Source of the DNA: the human T2T-CHM13v2.0 reference genome, Homo sapiens | Reading direction: 5' to 3' | Length of the DNA stretch: 64,000 nt | NCBI GenBank assembly: GCA_009914755.4 | Contig: CP068257.2 | Location: 13,824,001 to 13,888,000, forward strand | In this document: in pieces, positions 28,101 to 39,519 of the stretch | How positions within the stretch are numbered: position 1 is the stretch's first letter | Layout of the letters: every line of letters begins with the position of its first letter | Position numbers and translations under genes: made by a program | Notes under the pieces: model-generated | Databases searched by the model: none | What the model was told of the DNA's origin: nothing | What the model saw: the letters and a program-made list of their open reading frames with translations, nothing else

Positions 28101-30000
28101 ATTGGACCATTAGCTCCTTGGAGGCAAGAATAATGTCTTCTTTCCCCATTACCCCATAGCTCCGGGCACAGAGTTGGTTATCATATATGGCTGGATAATT
28201 ACATTAAATTCTTTCCATAGCGACTCTCTGGAAACCTTATTTCCCTGTAAATAAATTCCTCTGTTCATTCAAGCACTTCACCCAGCTCTCCCTCTATATA
28301 GTCACCTCTTTAACGTGATTCCTCCTTAAGAGATGAGACTTCCTATTTTGTCCTCATCAAACAAGGTTGCTCATTCTCACAACTCCTTTTATCTGCAACC
28401 TAAGGTCAGCCTATTAGTACTTCTAGATCCCCATTTCAGCTCAATTTCTTTCCTTCATAGACAAGATTATGGAAAGAGCAGTCTACATTCCAGTCCTTAT
28501 CAGCCATCAGCTTTCAGTCCCTATTTCTATTGAAATAACTCTTAATAGGGTCAAATGTAATGGACTATTCTTGGAAATATTTCTGGCTACTTCCAGGCTC
28601 AGTTCACGTGTTTCTCAACTTCTCTGTAATATTAGGCATTGCTGCACGAAGTATCTTCCTCTTCCACTTCCTTACTTTCTTCCCACTTCTCTGTTCTAAT
28701 TTTTTCAGACTTTTGGAAGTGCCTTGCCTTCTATTTTATTCTTTACCTGGCATTCTGTCCTGACACCTCTAAACCTTATTCTCTGGTTCAACTAACACCT
28801 TTACAATGATGAACATTAAGTTCATTCCTCTTCTAAGGTCTAGTTTTATTTATCCCTCTGTCTCTGGAAAGCTCCACTTGGATAATCTAAAACACTTCAA
28901 AATCAGTTTTTATAAGGTAGGATGCATTATGTATTTCCCCTAACTCTTCTCTTCCTGTAGTAGTGTCTTACTTAATCAGTAGTACCCCCAATTATCCTCT
29001 TTTCTGAGCCACAAACCTGGCAGATATTTCTAGACAACCTTCATTTTTTTCCTCTATATCCAATTTCTGCCACTCCACATCTAAGGCCCAATGTCTGCCA
29101 TTCTGCTTCCAATATTACTTTCACATCCATGCCTTCTTCTTCATCCTTATGACTACTACGTGAAAATTGGCTCTAATCACCTTTTTCCTGTTTAACAAAG
29201 ATAAAAATGACTTCTGCATGAGTATTTGTTATGTGTCCTTCTCCCCTTTGCAGGATTCACTTAAGAACCATCTGCTGTGCCCATAGTGATAATGGTTTAA
29301 AAGAATTGAAAATCAGAAATAACTAGAAATAGGGCCAAGAAAGAGAAAAAAGGTAGTGGGGAGAAGGAACACATCCAGGAAACAAGGAGATGAGTTTTTT
29401 AAAAAAAGTTTACACCTGAACTGAGGGTGGAAAAAAGTTTTCAGTGTAGTGCTAGGGTTTGATAGAAATAGAAAGGTGAGTGAAGAACGATGATCTAATA
29501 CTATTCCTGAAATTCTAATAAAGGCTTATGTTGCATTTAAACATTTTCAGGGGCAAAAGTTGTGTTTATTTGATTATGGCATCACAAAGAGACCGGTCCA
29601 CATGAAGACCAAGGTTTACACGATCCACAGTTGAATATTGCAGTAGCCTTCTCTCTAATGTCCTCGATACTCCCTTCAAACTTCCACTTGGATATCAGAG
29701 TGACATTTTAAAGATGCAGACCTGATCATGACAATGCCTTGTTTAAAATTTTAAGCAATTTATCCAAACTGTTACAAAAAGTTCAAGCTCCTGATTTAGG
29801 TATAATTGCTGTTTATAATATGACTCTTGCCCAAACATGTCACCAAATCTTCAGACACTCCCCAGAACTAAAACCATTCTGAATAGTTAGCAGTCAGTCC
29901 TCTGAAGACACACCACTTTACATATGATTTTTTCCTCTATTTTAAATATTCTCCTTTCCTTCTTCACATCAACCAATTTCTATTTGTATTCAAATCCCAT

Positions 30001-30145
30001 ACAAATGACTACTCTTAGAAGCCCAATGCACTGTCCATTCCACAAATGACTACTCTTAAAAAGCCTTCTTTGACACCTGAGTCTGAGTCAGATACAAATG
30101 ACTACTCTTAAAAATCCTTCTTTGACACCTGAGTCTGAGTCAGAT
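30001..30145. repeat. 52-bp tandem repeat, ~2.7 copies
   Basis: 'acaaatgactactcttaaaaa(g/t)ccttctttgacacctgagtctgagtcagat' occurs twice in tandem (30042-30093 and 30094-30145). It is preceded by a partial copy 'acaaatgactactcttagaagcccaatgcactgtccattcc'. Confidence 0.95.
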
Positions 30146-32999
30146 GATTAGCCCCATTCTCACAGTAAACAGGTCCCATAAACTTCATGACCCTCCTTTC
30201 CTTCCTCCTCCTTGAGACAGCCAACTTTACCAGTTTAATTTTTGCCTGTAATAATTTTTTTCAGAGTATTTATAAACACTGTGTGCAATGTGTACATTTT
30301 ACAAAACTGGATGACATATATTATAAAGCTGATCAGCAAGAATATAGATAGGACAGTAGCCTGAATTCTTTCAAACGAAAAGATGAATAAAGACCTGCCA
30401 TAACAAATAGTAAGAATATACTACCTCTTAAGGTGAACTGAGTGTTAGAGGCATATGAAGTTTTATACAGTCAAGTAGGTTTATGTAGACTCCATGAATG
30501 ACAAAGGGAATTAGAGATGCTCTGAAGACAGTATTTAAAAATCAGTGAATAAGGATGAAGTCTTCAGCAAAGGGGTCAGAAAAGCCACATACATACTTGG
30601 TAAAAGAAGACTCAGCTTCCTATCTCAAAACAAAAATATAATAAATCTCATATGGATTAAATGCTAGAATGTAAATATAAAACCATAAAAGTACTTGAAT
30701 AAAATATAGAAAATTATTTTTATATTTGCATAAAGAAACCCCTTCTTAGTGCAACTTGAAGATCAAATGCCTTAAAGAAGAAGACTAGTTTGAGTAGCTA
30801 AAAAAAAGTACAATTTTATGCTTTAAAACTATATTTTTTCATGATAGTTGTTTCCTTTAAATGTTATAAAACATGACTTTTCTGCTTTGTCTCTGACCAC
30901 GTCTTCACAAAAATGACAGAAGAGCTATTGCTTCAGTCACTTAGAAGAAATATTTATAGATGATCAATATTGGCCTCTGAATGTAAACTGCAATATCTAC
31001 CTGACTAACCAAAGAAATTGATATCTACCTTGTTTATGGAATTTTTCTATCCTGGAAATTCTGTGATTCCTGGCACATATTGTTCTATTGTTTTATCACA
31101 CTCTTCATGTTTATCAGGTTTTTTCATATTTGTGTATCCATGGATATACAAATCAATGATTTTCTTTCTTCCTATGAAATACAGCTGTGGAATTTAAGAA
31201 TTTAGCAGCCGTAATTTTCTATTCACCTTCTCTCCTTAAGACTAAGTAATTATAGTTCCTACTATTTTTTGCAGATGACTCTTTAAATATTTCAAAATGC
31301 TGTCTAAATTCTTTATCAGTCACTGTCTCTCATTTGATTAGGGAGCAGAAGATAAAGGGTAGCCTGAGACGGAAATCTAAGAATCAGAAGTTGGAAACTG
31401 TTACCCATGTTTAAGGCTTGACAATCAAGACCAAGAGGCAGAACTGGGGCATGCAGCAGCTGAGGACAAAGTAGTTCCCAGAGCTGTAGAATGCATTGAG
31501 GCCAAATCAGTGGACACGTGCAACCAGCCACAATCTAAAGTGAGAAGATCGATAGAGGAGAGAGGTAAGGCAAGGTCATGATGGAAAACTTAAACACTTC
31601 TGTTAAAAGTAAGCATCTCAAGGGAGACTCGTGTGCTTCAGGCGCTTAGTGAGAGGACTTGGAAGAAAATTGAGGGATTATAGGAAGCCATGAGTGTGGC
31701 CAGCCTGAGAGACTCATGTGAGCCAGTAGTTAATTCTATCTTTTCCTAATCAATTCCAGCTATCTCTCCAGACTCAGAAACTCAGAAATGTCTCCAAGTT
31801 CTCCTTCCCTCTTAAATGAAAGAAGTGAACATGGAGATTAACTTCTGTGTGATGAAACATAAGGAACTGCACCAATGTTTTATTTTTCTAGGACAGGAGT
31901 CAGCAATTTTTTTTCTGTAATGGGCCAGATAGTACATATTTTTGTTTTGTAGGCCATCCAATCTCTGCACAGCTATTCAACTCTGTTTTTGTAGCACAAA
32001 GGCAGCCACAGACAACACATAAAAGAAAGGACACAGATGTGTTCCAATAAAACTTTATTTACAAAAAAAAGTAATGAATTGACTAACTCCTGTTCTAGAA
32101 TTTGGTTGTATTAGATGTGGTTACTTACAATTGTTAGATCTCAAGCTAGGTTGGGGAAATATTTTTATTTAGATACATAAATCTTCATTATAACAATATT
32201 TTAGAAAGGAATTGAGCTATGATGTTTTAATCATGTTTTAGCTAATATTAAGTGCAAAGGAATTTGATTTTGATTTTCATAATTTACTTTCTCATTTAAA
32301 ATCAGAGACCTAATATGTCTTTCCACTTCCAATCTGTGATTTGATATTAATGCTAATATGAACAGCAACAGGAAGAGTGAGTTGGAAAGCATTTTTTTCC
32401 TTTGAGACAAAGATGAGTGAAATATATACTCTTTAAAGTGATGTTGGAAAGTGCCTTTTGCTGGTTCTCTATTTCATCTTGCACTGTGGCCAAAATAAGC
32501 AGCACTGACTCTTTTCTTTCTTTTCATGGTTTACTGTAAGAAATCCCTCTCTAATTCCATCACCCAGCTCAGGATGCTTAGTAAACCTGTAGAGACATAC
32601 TGTCCATGAAGGAGTTCAAGAGGCCAAGTGATCAATTATTTGCCAAAGGAGCAGAATTTTGCTTACTTGCCTGTAGTTTTTTAAAGAAAACAAGAAAAAT
32701 TAGCAAGGAAAGAACAGTGAAGAAATTGAAGAGGTCTCTGAGTGTATCAAGCATCTACAAAACAATTTAATTTTGTCAATCAAGATGTTGCAAATGGCGA
32801 TGAATAAATCATGTCCCTATTTGTTAATATGCTGCATCAGGTTATTTTGAGAGAAAACAAGGGTTCTGCTACCAGAATGTTTTCCATTACTATAACTTTT
32901 TCAGCATTTCTACTTACTTATCATTAATACTTTGTTACTTCTTTTCACATTTTGAGAGCTAAAAGGGCACATCCATTCAAGTCAGTTCACAGTTCAGTT

Positions 33000-33620
33000 C
33001 AATGAATATTTATTGAGTACCTACTATGTGCCTGGCAATGGTCTAGGTGATTGAGATACAACAGTAAACAAAACAAAGATTCCTTTTATCATGGCACTTA
33101 TCGTCTTGTGGAAGGAGACAGTTAATAAGCCATAAATGCAATAAATAATAAGCATATTATTTAATATGTTAGAAGTTAATAAATACTGGTGAATTCTGAA
33201 GGCTGGAGCAGGGGATGAGGAGTTACTATATTTGGTAGGGGTCAAGGTAAATCCCTGTAAATAGAAATTGTAAATAAAGGCTAGAAAGAGGAGTAATAAG
33301 TTAGCCAAGAACATACTTGGGGAAACAAGATTCCAGGAGTGGAAATATCTAGAGCAAGTGCCCAAAAGTGACCGTGTCCTTGGAAAGTGGGAGACTAGCA
33401 ATGAGCACAGCCTGGCTGTAATGAAGTGAGCCCTTGTGGTGTAGGTAAGGAGTTCATGGAGTATAGGATTACAAAATTGGGGCTAGAAGACACTTTGAGG
33501 CCCTCTAATGTCTTTTATTCTCAGTGCAATGAGAAGCTGTAGCAGAGTTTTGAACAGAAGAGAAACATAACCTGACCTTTGTTTTAACAGCATCATTCTG
33601 GCTTCTATGTTGAGAACAGA
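33000..33620 (-). mobile_element. L2/MIR-type element (3' end at left, minus orientation), diverged
   Basis: It begins 'ttcaatgaatatttattgagtacctactatgtgcctggcaatggtctaggtgattgagatacaacagtaaacaaaacaaagattcc…', the reverse complement of the …gtgcctggcacatagtaggtgctcaataaatatttgttgaatgaa terminus. Diverged body sequence continues rightward. ORF 33024..33401 is spurious. Confidence 0.5.
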
Positions 33621-33639
33621 CTGAAGGAAAGTGTCTTAG

Positions 33640-33960
33640 TTCATTTGGTGCTGCTATAATAAAATACCTGAGACTGGGTAACTTATGAAGAACAGAAATT
33701 TACTTCTTTCAGTTCTGGAGGCTGGTAAGTCCAAAATCAAGACAGGTTTGTTTCTCTGCTGAGGGCTGCATTCTCCAGAGGGGAGAAATGTTGTGTCTTC
33801 ACATGGCAGAAGATGGAAGGGAGAGAACCCACTCTCAAAGCTTTTTAAAAGGACCCTAATTCATTCATGAGAGAGGAGCCCTTATGATCTAATCACTCTC
33901 AGAAGCACAACCTTCTAATACCAGCACCTTGTTGACTGGGTTTTAAGATGAATTTTTGAG
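33640..33960 (+). mobile_element. ancient mammalian interspersed repeat, copy 2 (same family as 3950-4330)
   Basis: 'gtcttagttcatttggtgctgctataataaaatacctgagactgggtaacttatgaagaacagaaatttacttctttcagttctggaggctggtaagtccaaaatcaagacagg…ctccagaggggagaaatgttgtgtcttcacatggcagaagatggaagggagagaaccc…ttttaaaaggaccctaattcattcatgagagaggagcccttatgatctaatcac…'. Confidence 0.6.
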
Positions 33961-35699
33961 GGAACATCATATTAAGGTCATAACAAAAAGTAAGAGCAGA
34001 AGGAAGAAGAACAATACAGAAGCTATTGGTATAATTCTGTTAACTGGTGGTGGATTTTCTGGGTGATGAGAAATCATCAGATTCTGAACAGGAACCAAAG
34101 GATCACTCCGTTGCTGATTGAAGCGTTTGAAGACCTAGCCAACGATTGGAATTGTCATTTTAAACTTCATGACTTACTCAAGCACACCTATAGATCATAA
34201 ATATATACTATTCTTCTTTCTAATATTTCTAAAGATTTAGAGGCAGACTGGAAAAAAGTATATTCTAATTGACATTGAGAAGAGAAAAAAGACAGGGGTT
34301 GTTAAGAACATTGAAAAGATGTTAGACAAGACTAGAAAAATGTGTTGATCAAGTCAGGCTGAATACACGTGATCCACACATCAAAGCTAGACTATGGGAA
34401 TAGGATGAGACTAGGGACAAGCTAGGAGCACAGAAACTATAGTAAAGAGAATTCTAGTATGTAGCCTTACCTAAAAATGTATAAAAATTACATATAAAAT
34501 ATTACTATTAAAAGGTCATTATATTTCATACTTTTGGGAATGTATTAGCTATCCAGCAGTGTCTAACATATTACCCCCAAAACTCACCAGCTTTAAAAAA
34601 GAAACACTTATAATTGCATAGCTTCTGTGAACTAGAAATCTAGACACAGCTTAGCTGGATACCCCTGGGTTGATGTCTCTCAAAAGGTTTCAGTAAAGAT
34701 GTCTGCCTGGGGTATAAGCTTCTCAAATCGGGGAGGATCCACTTCCAAGCTCACTTGTGTCACTTTGGCAGCCCTCAAATGCTCAAGGTTATCTCCAGAT
34801 TTTACTGCCATGTTATGTGGTTCCTCCATAGGGCTATTCACAACTTGATAGCTTGTTTTTCCTAAGAAAGAGAAGACAGAGAGAAGGAAAAAGAGAAAGA
34901 CAGAGAGAGACAAAGACAGGAAAAAAGGCATCCAAGATGGAAGACACAATCTTCTTGTATCTTAATGAGGGAAGTGACATATCATCATTTCTGATATATT
35001 CTATTCATTAGAAGCCCCATAATCAAGAGAAGGAAGGGGATTGATTATAGAAGGACATGAATCCTAGAAGGTTATCACTGGGGCCATCTTTGAGATTCCC
35101 TGCCACGGTACACTCAATAGCACAAGAATTAAGATAAGGGGCCCCTAAACAGTAGCTACATGAGACTTATGAAACTCTCAGATAATTGGTGTTCTCTGAC
35201 AACTAAATGAACTTAAAATTTTTACTCTACCTGTATTGTTGGCTAATCAATACCTAGTAATTGTTCTTGGTGCACACATTCATTCATTCTGAAGTTTGAT
35301 TACAATAAATTCCATATTTTCTAGAAAACAAAAAATCGAGGTAACTATGACTATACCACAGGGAAGATTTTACACTATGCACCCCAAATAACATTCCACA
35401 TTTATTTTCTAAATATCCTAATGGAATATATTATGATGTTTTGCATCATTTATAATGATATATTGTTTTAGTTTTTAAAGAAAATTATAAATCAATTAAA
35501 AGAGGAGTAGAAAATTTAGTAAGAAGAAAGCAAATTTTTTCTCCAAAAGATTTTATGGTTTTTTTCTGATAGAGTGGAGACAAGGGAATGTTTAATCCAT
35601 TGCTCAAGATCTACATGCAATTCTTTAATATCTACAAATTTGCTTGATATCTACCTGAAATGTTGGTCTTGAATAGAAATACACAGCTACAACCATTTT

Positions 35700-36258
35700 G
35701 GAAATACTTTTTTTCACCTTTTAAAAAATTTTAATTGTGTTAACACATATATTATGTAAAAGTCACCATTTTTAACCATTTGTTAGTGTACAGTTCAGTC
35801 GTGTTAAGTACATTCACATCGTTGTGCAACCAATCACCAGAACTTGTTTCACTCACAAAACTGAAACTCTACATCCATTAAACAACTCCCCATTCCTCAC
35901 TCCTCCCAGCCCCTGGCCACCACCATTCTACTTTCTGTCTCTATAAATTTGAGTACTCTGAGTAACTCATGTAAGTGGAATCACACAGTATTTGTCTTTT
36001 TGTGACTGGCATATTTTACTTAGCATAATATCCTCAAAGTTCATCCATGTTGTAGCACACGTCGGAGCTGAATACTATCCCATTGTACCACACTTTGTTT
36101 TTTTATTGATACATCAACAGAAACTTGGTTCTTTCTACCTTTTGGTTCTTGTGAATAATGCCACTATGAACATGGATGTACAAATACTTGTACAAGTTCC
36201 TGCTTTCACTTCCTTTGGGTATATATCCCAAAGTGGAATTTCTGGATTATATCATAGT
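35700..36258 (-). mobile_element. L1 (older subfamily) 3' UTR and ORF2 3' end, antisense on the + strand; segment 1 of 3 of one interrupted element
   Basis: '…cagcccctggccaccaccattctactttctgtctctataaatttgagtactctgagtaactcatgtaagtggaatcacacagtatttgtctttttgtgactggcatattttacttagcataatatcctcaaagttcatccatgttgtagcacacg…ccattgtaccacactttgtttttttattgatacatcaacagaaacttggttc…cttttggttcttgtgaataatgccactatgaacatggatgtacaaatac…gggtatatatcccaaagtggaatttctggatta' is collinear with the reverse complement of the L1 3' region. Confidence 0.8.
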
Positions 36259-36552
36259 TTTATTTTATTTTATTTTTTGAGATGGAGTCTTGCTCTGTCA
36301 CCCAAGCTAGACTGCAGTGGCATGATCACTGCAACCTCTGTCTCCCAGGTTCAAGCTATTCTCCTGTCTTAGCCTCCCGAGTAGCCAGGACTACAGGTGC
36401 CCACCACCATGCCTGGCTAACTTCTATTTTTAGTAGAGATGGAGTTTCACCATGTTGGCTGGGCTGGCCTTGAACTCCTGGACCTCAAGTGATCCACCCA
36501 CCTTGGCATCCCAAAGTGCTGGGATTAAAGGCGTGAGCCACCCTGCCCGGCC
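36259..36552 (-). mobile_element. Alu SINE (AluS-like), minus orientation, inserted into the L1
   Basis: A poly-T head is followed by 'gagatggagtcttgctctgtcacccaagctagactgcagtggcatgatcactgcaacctctgtctcccaggttcaagctattctcctgtcttagcctcccgagtagccaggactacaggtgcccaccaccatgcctggctaa…ggcgtgagccaccctgcccggcc', the reverse complement of the Alu consensus. ORFs 35992..36372 and 36282..36473 are Alu/L1-derived. Confidence 0.95.
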
Positions 36553-36885
36553 TATAGTTCTATTTTCAATTTTTTGAACAACCACCATGCTCTTTTCCAT
36601 AGTAGCTGCACCATTTTACATTTCCACCAACAGTGTGTAAGTGTTCCAATTTCTCCACATCCTCACCAATACTTGTTATTTTTTTTAAAGTAGCCATCCT
36701 GATGGGTATGAGGTGTTATGTCACCACAGTTTTGTTTGCCTTTGTCTAATGACATTGAACATATTTTCATATGCTTTTTAGCCATTTGTATATCTTCTTC
36801 GAAATAATAGCTATTCAAGTCCTTTGCCCATTTGTTTTTCATGTTGCTACTGTCTTTATTTTTATTTTTTATCTTTATAGATTTA
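36553..36885 (-). mobile_element. L1 ORF2 3' portion (antisense), segment 2 of the same element
   Basis: 'ctattttcaattttttgaacaaccaccatgctcttttccatagtagctgcaccattttacatttccaccaacagtgtgtaagtgttccaatttctccacatcctcaccaatacttgttat…catcctgatgggtatgaggtgttatgtcaccacagttttgtttgcc…tgacattgaacatattttcatatgctttttagccatttgtatatcttcttcgaaata…tcctttgcccatttg' is the reverse complement of …ccacaatggttgaactaatttacattcccaccaacagtgtaaaagtgttcc…. Confidence 0.85.
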
Positions 36886-36889
36886 GGGG

Positions 36890-37281
36890 TGATGTGGTTT
36901 GGCTCTGTGTCCCCACCCAAATCTCATGTTGAATTGTAATCCTCAGTGTTGGAGGAGGGACTTGGTGGGAGGCGATTGGATCTTGAGGGTGGATTTTCCC
37001 CTTGCTGTACTTGTGATAGTGAGTGAGTTCTCATAAGATCCGGTCGCTTGAAAATGTGTAGCACTTCTCCCTTTGCTCTCTCTCTTTCCATTCTCTAGTC
37101 CTATAGAATGTGCAGGTTTCCCCTTCACTTTCTTCCATAATTGTAAGTCTCCTGAGGCCTCCCCAGCCATGCTTCCTGTACAGCCCCAAGAACCATGAGC
37201 CAATTAAACTTCTTTTTTTTTTAATATAACTTACCCAATCTCAGGTAGTTCTTTATAGCAATGTGAAAATGAACTAAAACA
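36890..37281 (+). mobile_element. MaLR LTR (THE1/MST family), plus orientation, inserted into the L1
   Basis: 'tgatgtggtttggctctgtgtccccacccaaatctcatgttgaattgtaatcctcagtgttggaggagggacttggtgggaggcgattggatc…gtgatagtgagtgagttctcataagatccggtcgcttgaaaatgtgtagcacttc…cctgaggcctccccagccatg…gagccaattaaacttc…cttacccaatctcaggtagttctttatagcaatgtgaaaatgaactaaaaca' is collinear with the THE1 consensus from TGATATGGTTTGGCTGTGTCCCCACCCAAATCTCA… to …AGCAGTGTGAGAACGGACTAATACA. Confidence 0.9.
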
Positions 37282-37282
37282 A

Positions 37283-37530
37283 GGGGGTACAAGTGCAGCT
37301 TTGTTACATGGATATTTTGCATAATGGCAAAGTCTGCTTTGCCCACTTTTAAATTCGGTTATTTGTTTTTTGTTGTTGCTGTTGTTGTTTAACTGCAGGA
37401 GTTCTTCATATGATCTGGATATTAACCCCTTATCAGGTATATAATTTGCAAATACTTTCTCTGATTCCATAGGCTGCATTTTCACTGTGTTGATTATGAC
37501 CTTTGAAGCACAGTTTTTAATTTTGATGTT
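37283..37530 (-). mobile_element. L1 ORF2 (antisense), segment 3, continuing past the LTR insertion
   Basis: '…tgcccacttttaaattcggttatttgttttt…gttcttcatatgatctggatattaaccccttatcaggtatataatttgcaaatactttctctgattccataggctgcattttcactgtgttgattatgacctttgaagcacag' is the reverse complement of the L1 ORF2 region …tatatattttggatattaaccccttatcagatatatggtttgcaaatattttctcccattccataggttgcc…. Confidence 0.7.
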
Positions 37531-39044
37531 TCAGAAATACTTTTATTAGTTCTATCAATTGCAAAGCAAGAGGTTGTTCTATCTACAACTTAGAACTTAG
37601 CAGTGTTGTGGGTGGATAAGTTTGAGTCTAAATTAGAATTTAGAAATCCCTTTGCACATGTTGATGACTCAGGTGACAGGATCCTGACAAGTTAGTTTAC
37701 CTAAGGAATTTTGATTTGCTTTAGCATGTATGTGGTATCATAAATGATGGTTGAGGAAGGAAGGATTTGGGAAGCAACTATGAGAAGGCTAGTAGATTCA
37801 TGTGAGTCACGTAGCACTTTGAGAGGAGTGGGTTAAATCATGCAACACCTGTGATTCCTTCTCACTTGTCACTTGGTACAACATATTTGCCTGGTATATA
37901 TTTATTAAATAAATTTTGTTTAGTCTTTTCATTTTATTTTTTCTCAACTAGATGTATCTGCTTTGCATTTGACTGAGTATAGGCTTCGAGTGAGCAGGGA
38001 GCATGCCTAGGTAATAATCCCAGGCAGCCCAGTGAAAACTCAGGTATTGTCAATAATAGTAGAAATGAAATTTTGAAGAACTGTGGACTTGTACACTGTG
38101 AAATGACCCCTTGGGGAAGCATGTAGACAGGACATATGGGACCAAACCCGATGAAAAAGACATGCCCAAATGCAGAGAAGTATTTGGTACAGGGATTTTG
38201 CCTTTTTGTCCTGATCCTGTTACAACCTGAGACCCTAAAGAGGTACATCTCCTAACTATTCCAACTCTAACTTGCTAAGTTTCTGACCTTGGCTTATACT
38301 TCTAGTTTTGATCTCTTTAGTTTCTTGCCTCTATTAGCTTGATTCTGCCTCCATCATCCTTTTCTTTTCCTCCCGCATTCATGAATTGGATAACTGTTAG
38401 AACTTACTATGTGCCAAGACCATTACAGTCAAAACAAACAAACAATTCTTGCTCTAATGGAGCTGACAAGCTAATGGGTGATAAAAAGGCAAAAGTAGAA
38501 AAGTATAATAGAAAGTGACAAGTATTACGTAAATGAAATATTAATTGCTGTGGAAGCACAAAGGAGGATCCCCAAAACAGTGTTATAGCATCGAGAAAGT
38601 CTTCCCAGAGGAAATTATGTCTAAGTGAGACTTGGATGGTATATATAATTTAGCCAGGGAAAGCATCTAGTGTAGTGTGTGTGTGCACGTGTGTGTAAAA
38701 TTCAAAACAAAAGGAAAAGGCTATACAAAGGCCTGAGGACAGAGGAAGATGGGGTAATAGAAATGAGATGAGATATTTGAAAACCTAAGTGAAGCGCAGT
38801 GTGTTTGAAACATTAAAAGGTAAAAAGAAGAATAGCAAGGAGCACTAAGAAGATGAAAGGACCACGAGAGGCCTGCTAAAGAATTTGGACTTTACCCTCA
38901 GTGTAATGAAGAGTGATTGAACACTTTTAAGCATATCAGCAACACAGACATAACACTAGTGTTTTAGAAAAGTCACGATCTGCAATGTAAAGAATAAGTT
39001 GAAGAGAGAACAGGCACTGTCGTTTGAACGTTTGTCCCTCCAAA

Positions 39045-39497
39045 ATCCATGTGTTGGAAACCTAATCCTCAATGCAACAGTGTTGGGAGGTGAGGCCTAA
39101 TGGGAGATGTTTAGGTCATGAGGGATCCACCATCATGAATGGACTAATGCCATTGTTGTGAGAGTGGTTATCACAGAGTGTGTTCCTGGTAAACAGGATG
39201 AATTTGTCCCAATTTGTCTCTTGCTCTTTCCCACCCTCCCTTGCTCTCTCCCACCCTCCCTTGCTCTCTCCCACCCTCCCTTGCTCTCTCCCACCCTCCC
39301 TTGCTCTCATGTGTGCTGTCTTGCCATGTGATGCCTTCCACCATCTTATGATGCAGCAAGAAGGTTCTCACCAGATGTGGCCCCTGGATCTTGGACTTTC
39401 CAGCCTCCAGAACTGTGAGTCAAATAAGCTTCTAGCTTTTGTAAGTTACTCTGTCTGTAGTAGTCTGTTGTAGCAGCAAGAAGCCGACTAAGACACC
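39045..39497 (-). mobile_element. ancient mammalian interspersed repeat, copy 3 (same family as 3950-4330 and 33640-33960, opposite orientation)
   Basis: 'ccaaaatccatgtgttggaaacctaatcctcaatgcaacagtgttgggaggtgaggcctaatgggagatgtttaggtcatgagggatccaccatcatgaatggactaatgccattg…ccatgtgatgccttccaccatcttatgatgcagcaagaaggttctcaccagatgtggcccctggatcttggactttccagcctccagaactgtgagtcaaataagcttctagcttttgtaagttactctgtctgtagtagtctgttgtagcagcaagaa' is the reverse complement of the 'ctgctataacaaaatacc…cagttctggaggctgg.aagtcca.gatcaag…cacatgg…cattcatgag…' pattern seen at the other two sites. Confidence 0.6.
39221..39308. repeat. 20-bp minisatellite 'ccaccctcccttgctctctc', ~4.4 tandem copies (CT-rich, strand-asymmetric)
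   Basis: 'ttgctctttc ccaccctcccttgctctctc ccaccctcccttgctctctc ccaccctcccttgctctctc ccaccctcccttgctctcat', i.e. perfect copies. The ORFs 39116..39310(-), 39171..39371(-) and 39180..39473(+), with repeated ESKGGWERAREGG / PPSLALSHPPLLS motifs, are artefacts of it. Confidence 0.97.
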
Positions 39498-39519
39498 TAG
39501 ATAGAGAAAGAAAGGCCCC

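Noticed and set aside
39221-39308. Tandem direct repeats considered as a possible CRISPR array (also 53329-53533, 30001-30145, 57196-57403)
   Set aside because: The units are contiguous with no unique spacers, the unit lengths and compositions are atypical, and the context is eukaryotic. They are minisatellites or duplications.
39116-39473. Three overlapping ORFs with internally repeated motifs (ESKGGWERAREGG x3; PPSLALSHPPLLS…)
   Set aside because: They are created by the perfect 20-bp x4 minisatellite at 39221-39308. The periodic peptide reflects the DNA repeat, not a repeat-protein domain.
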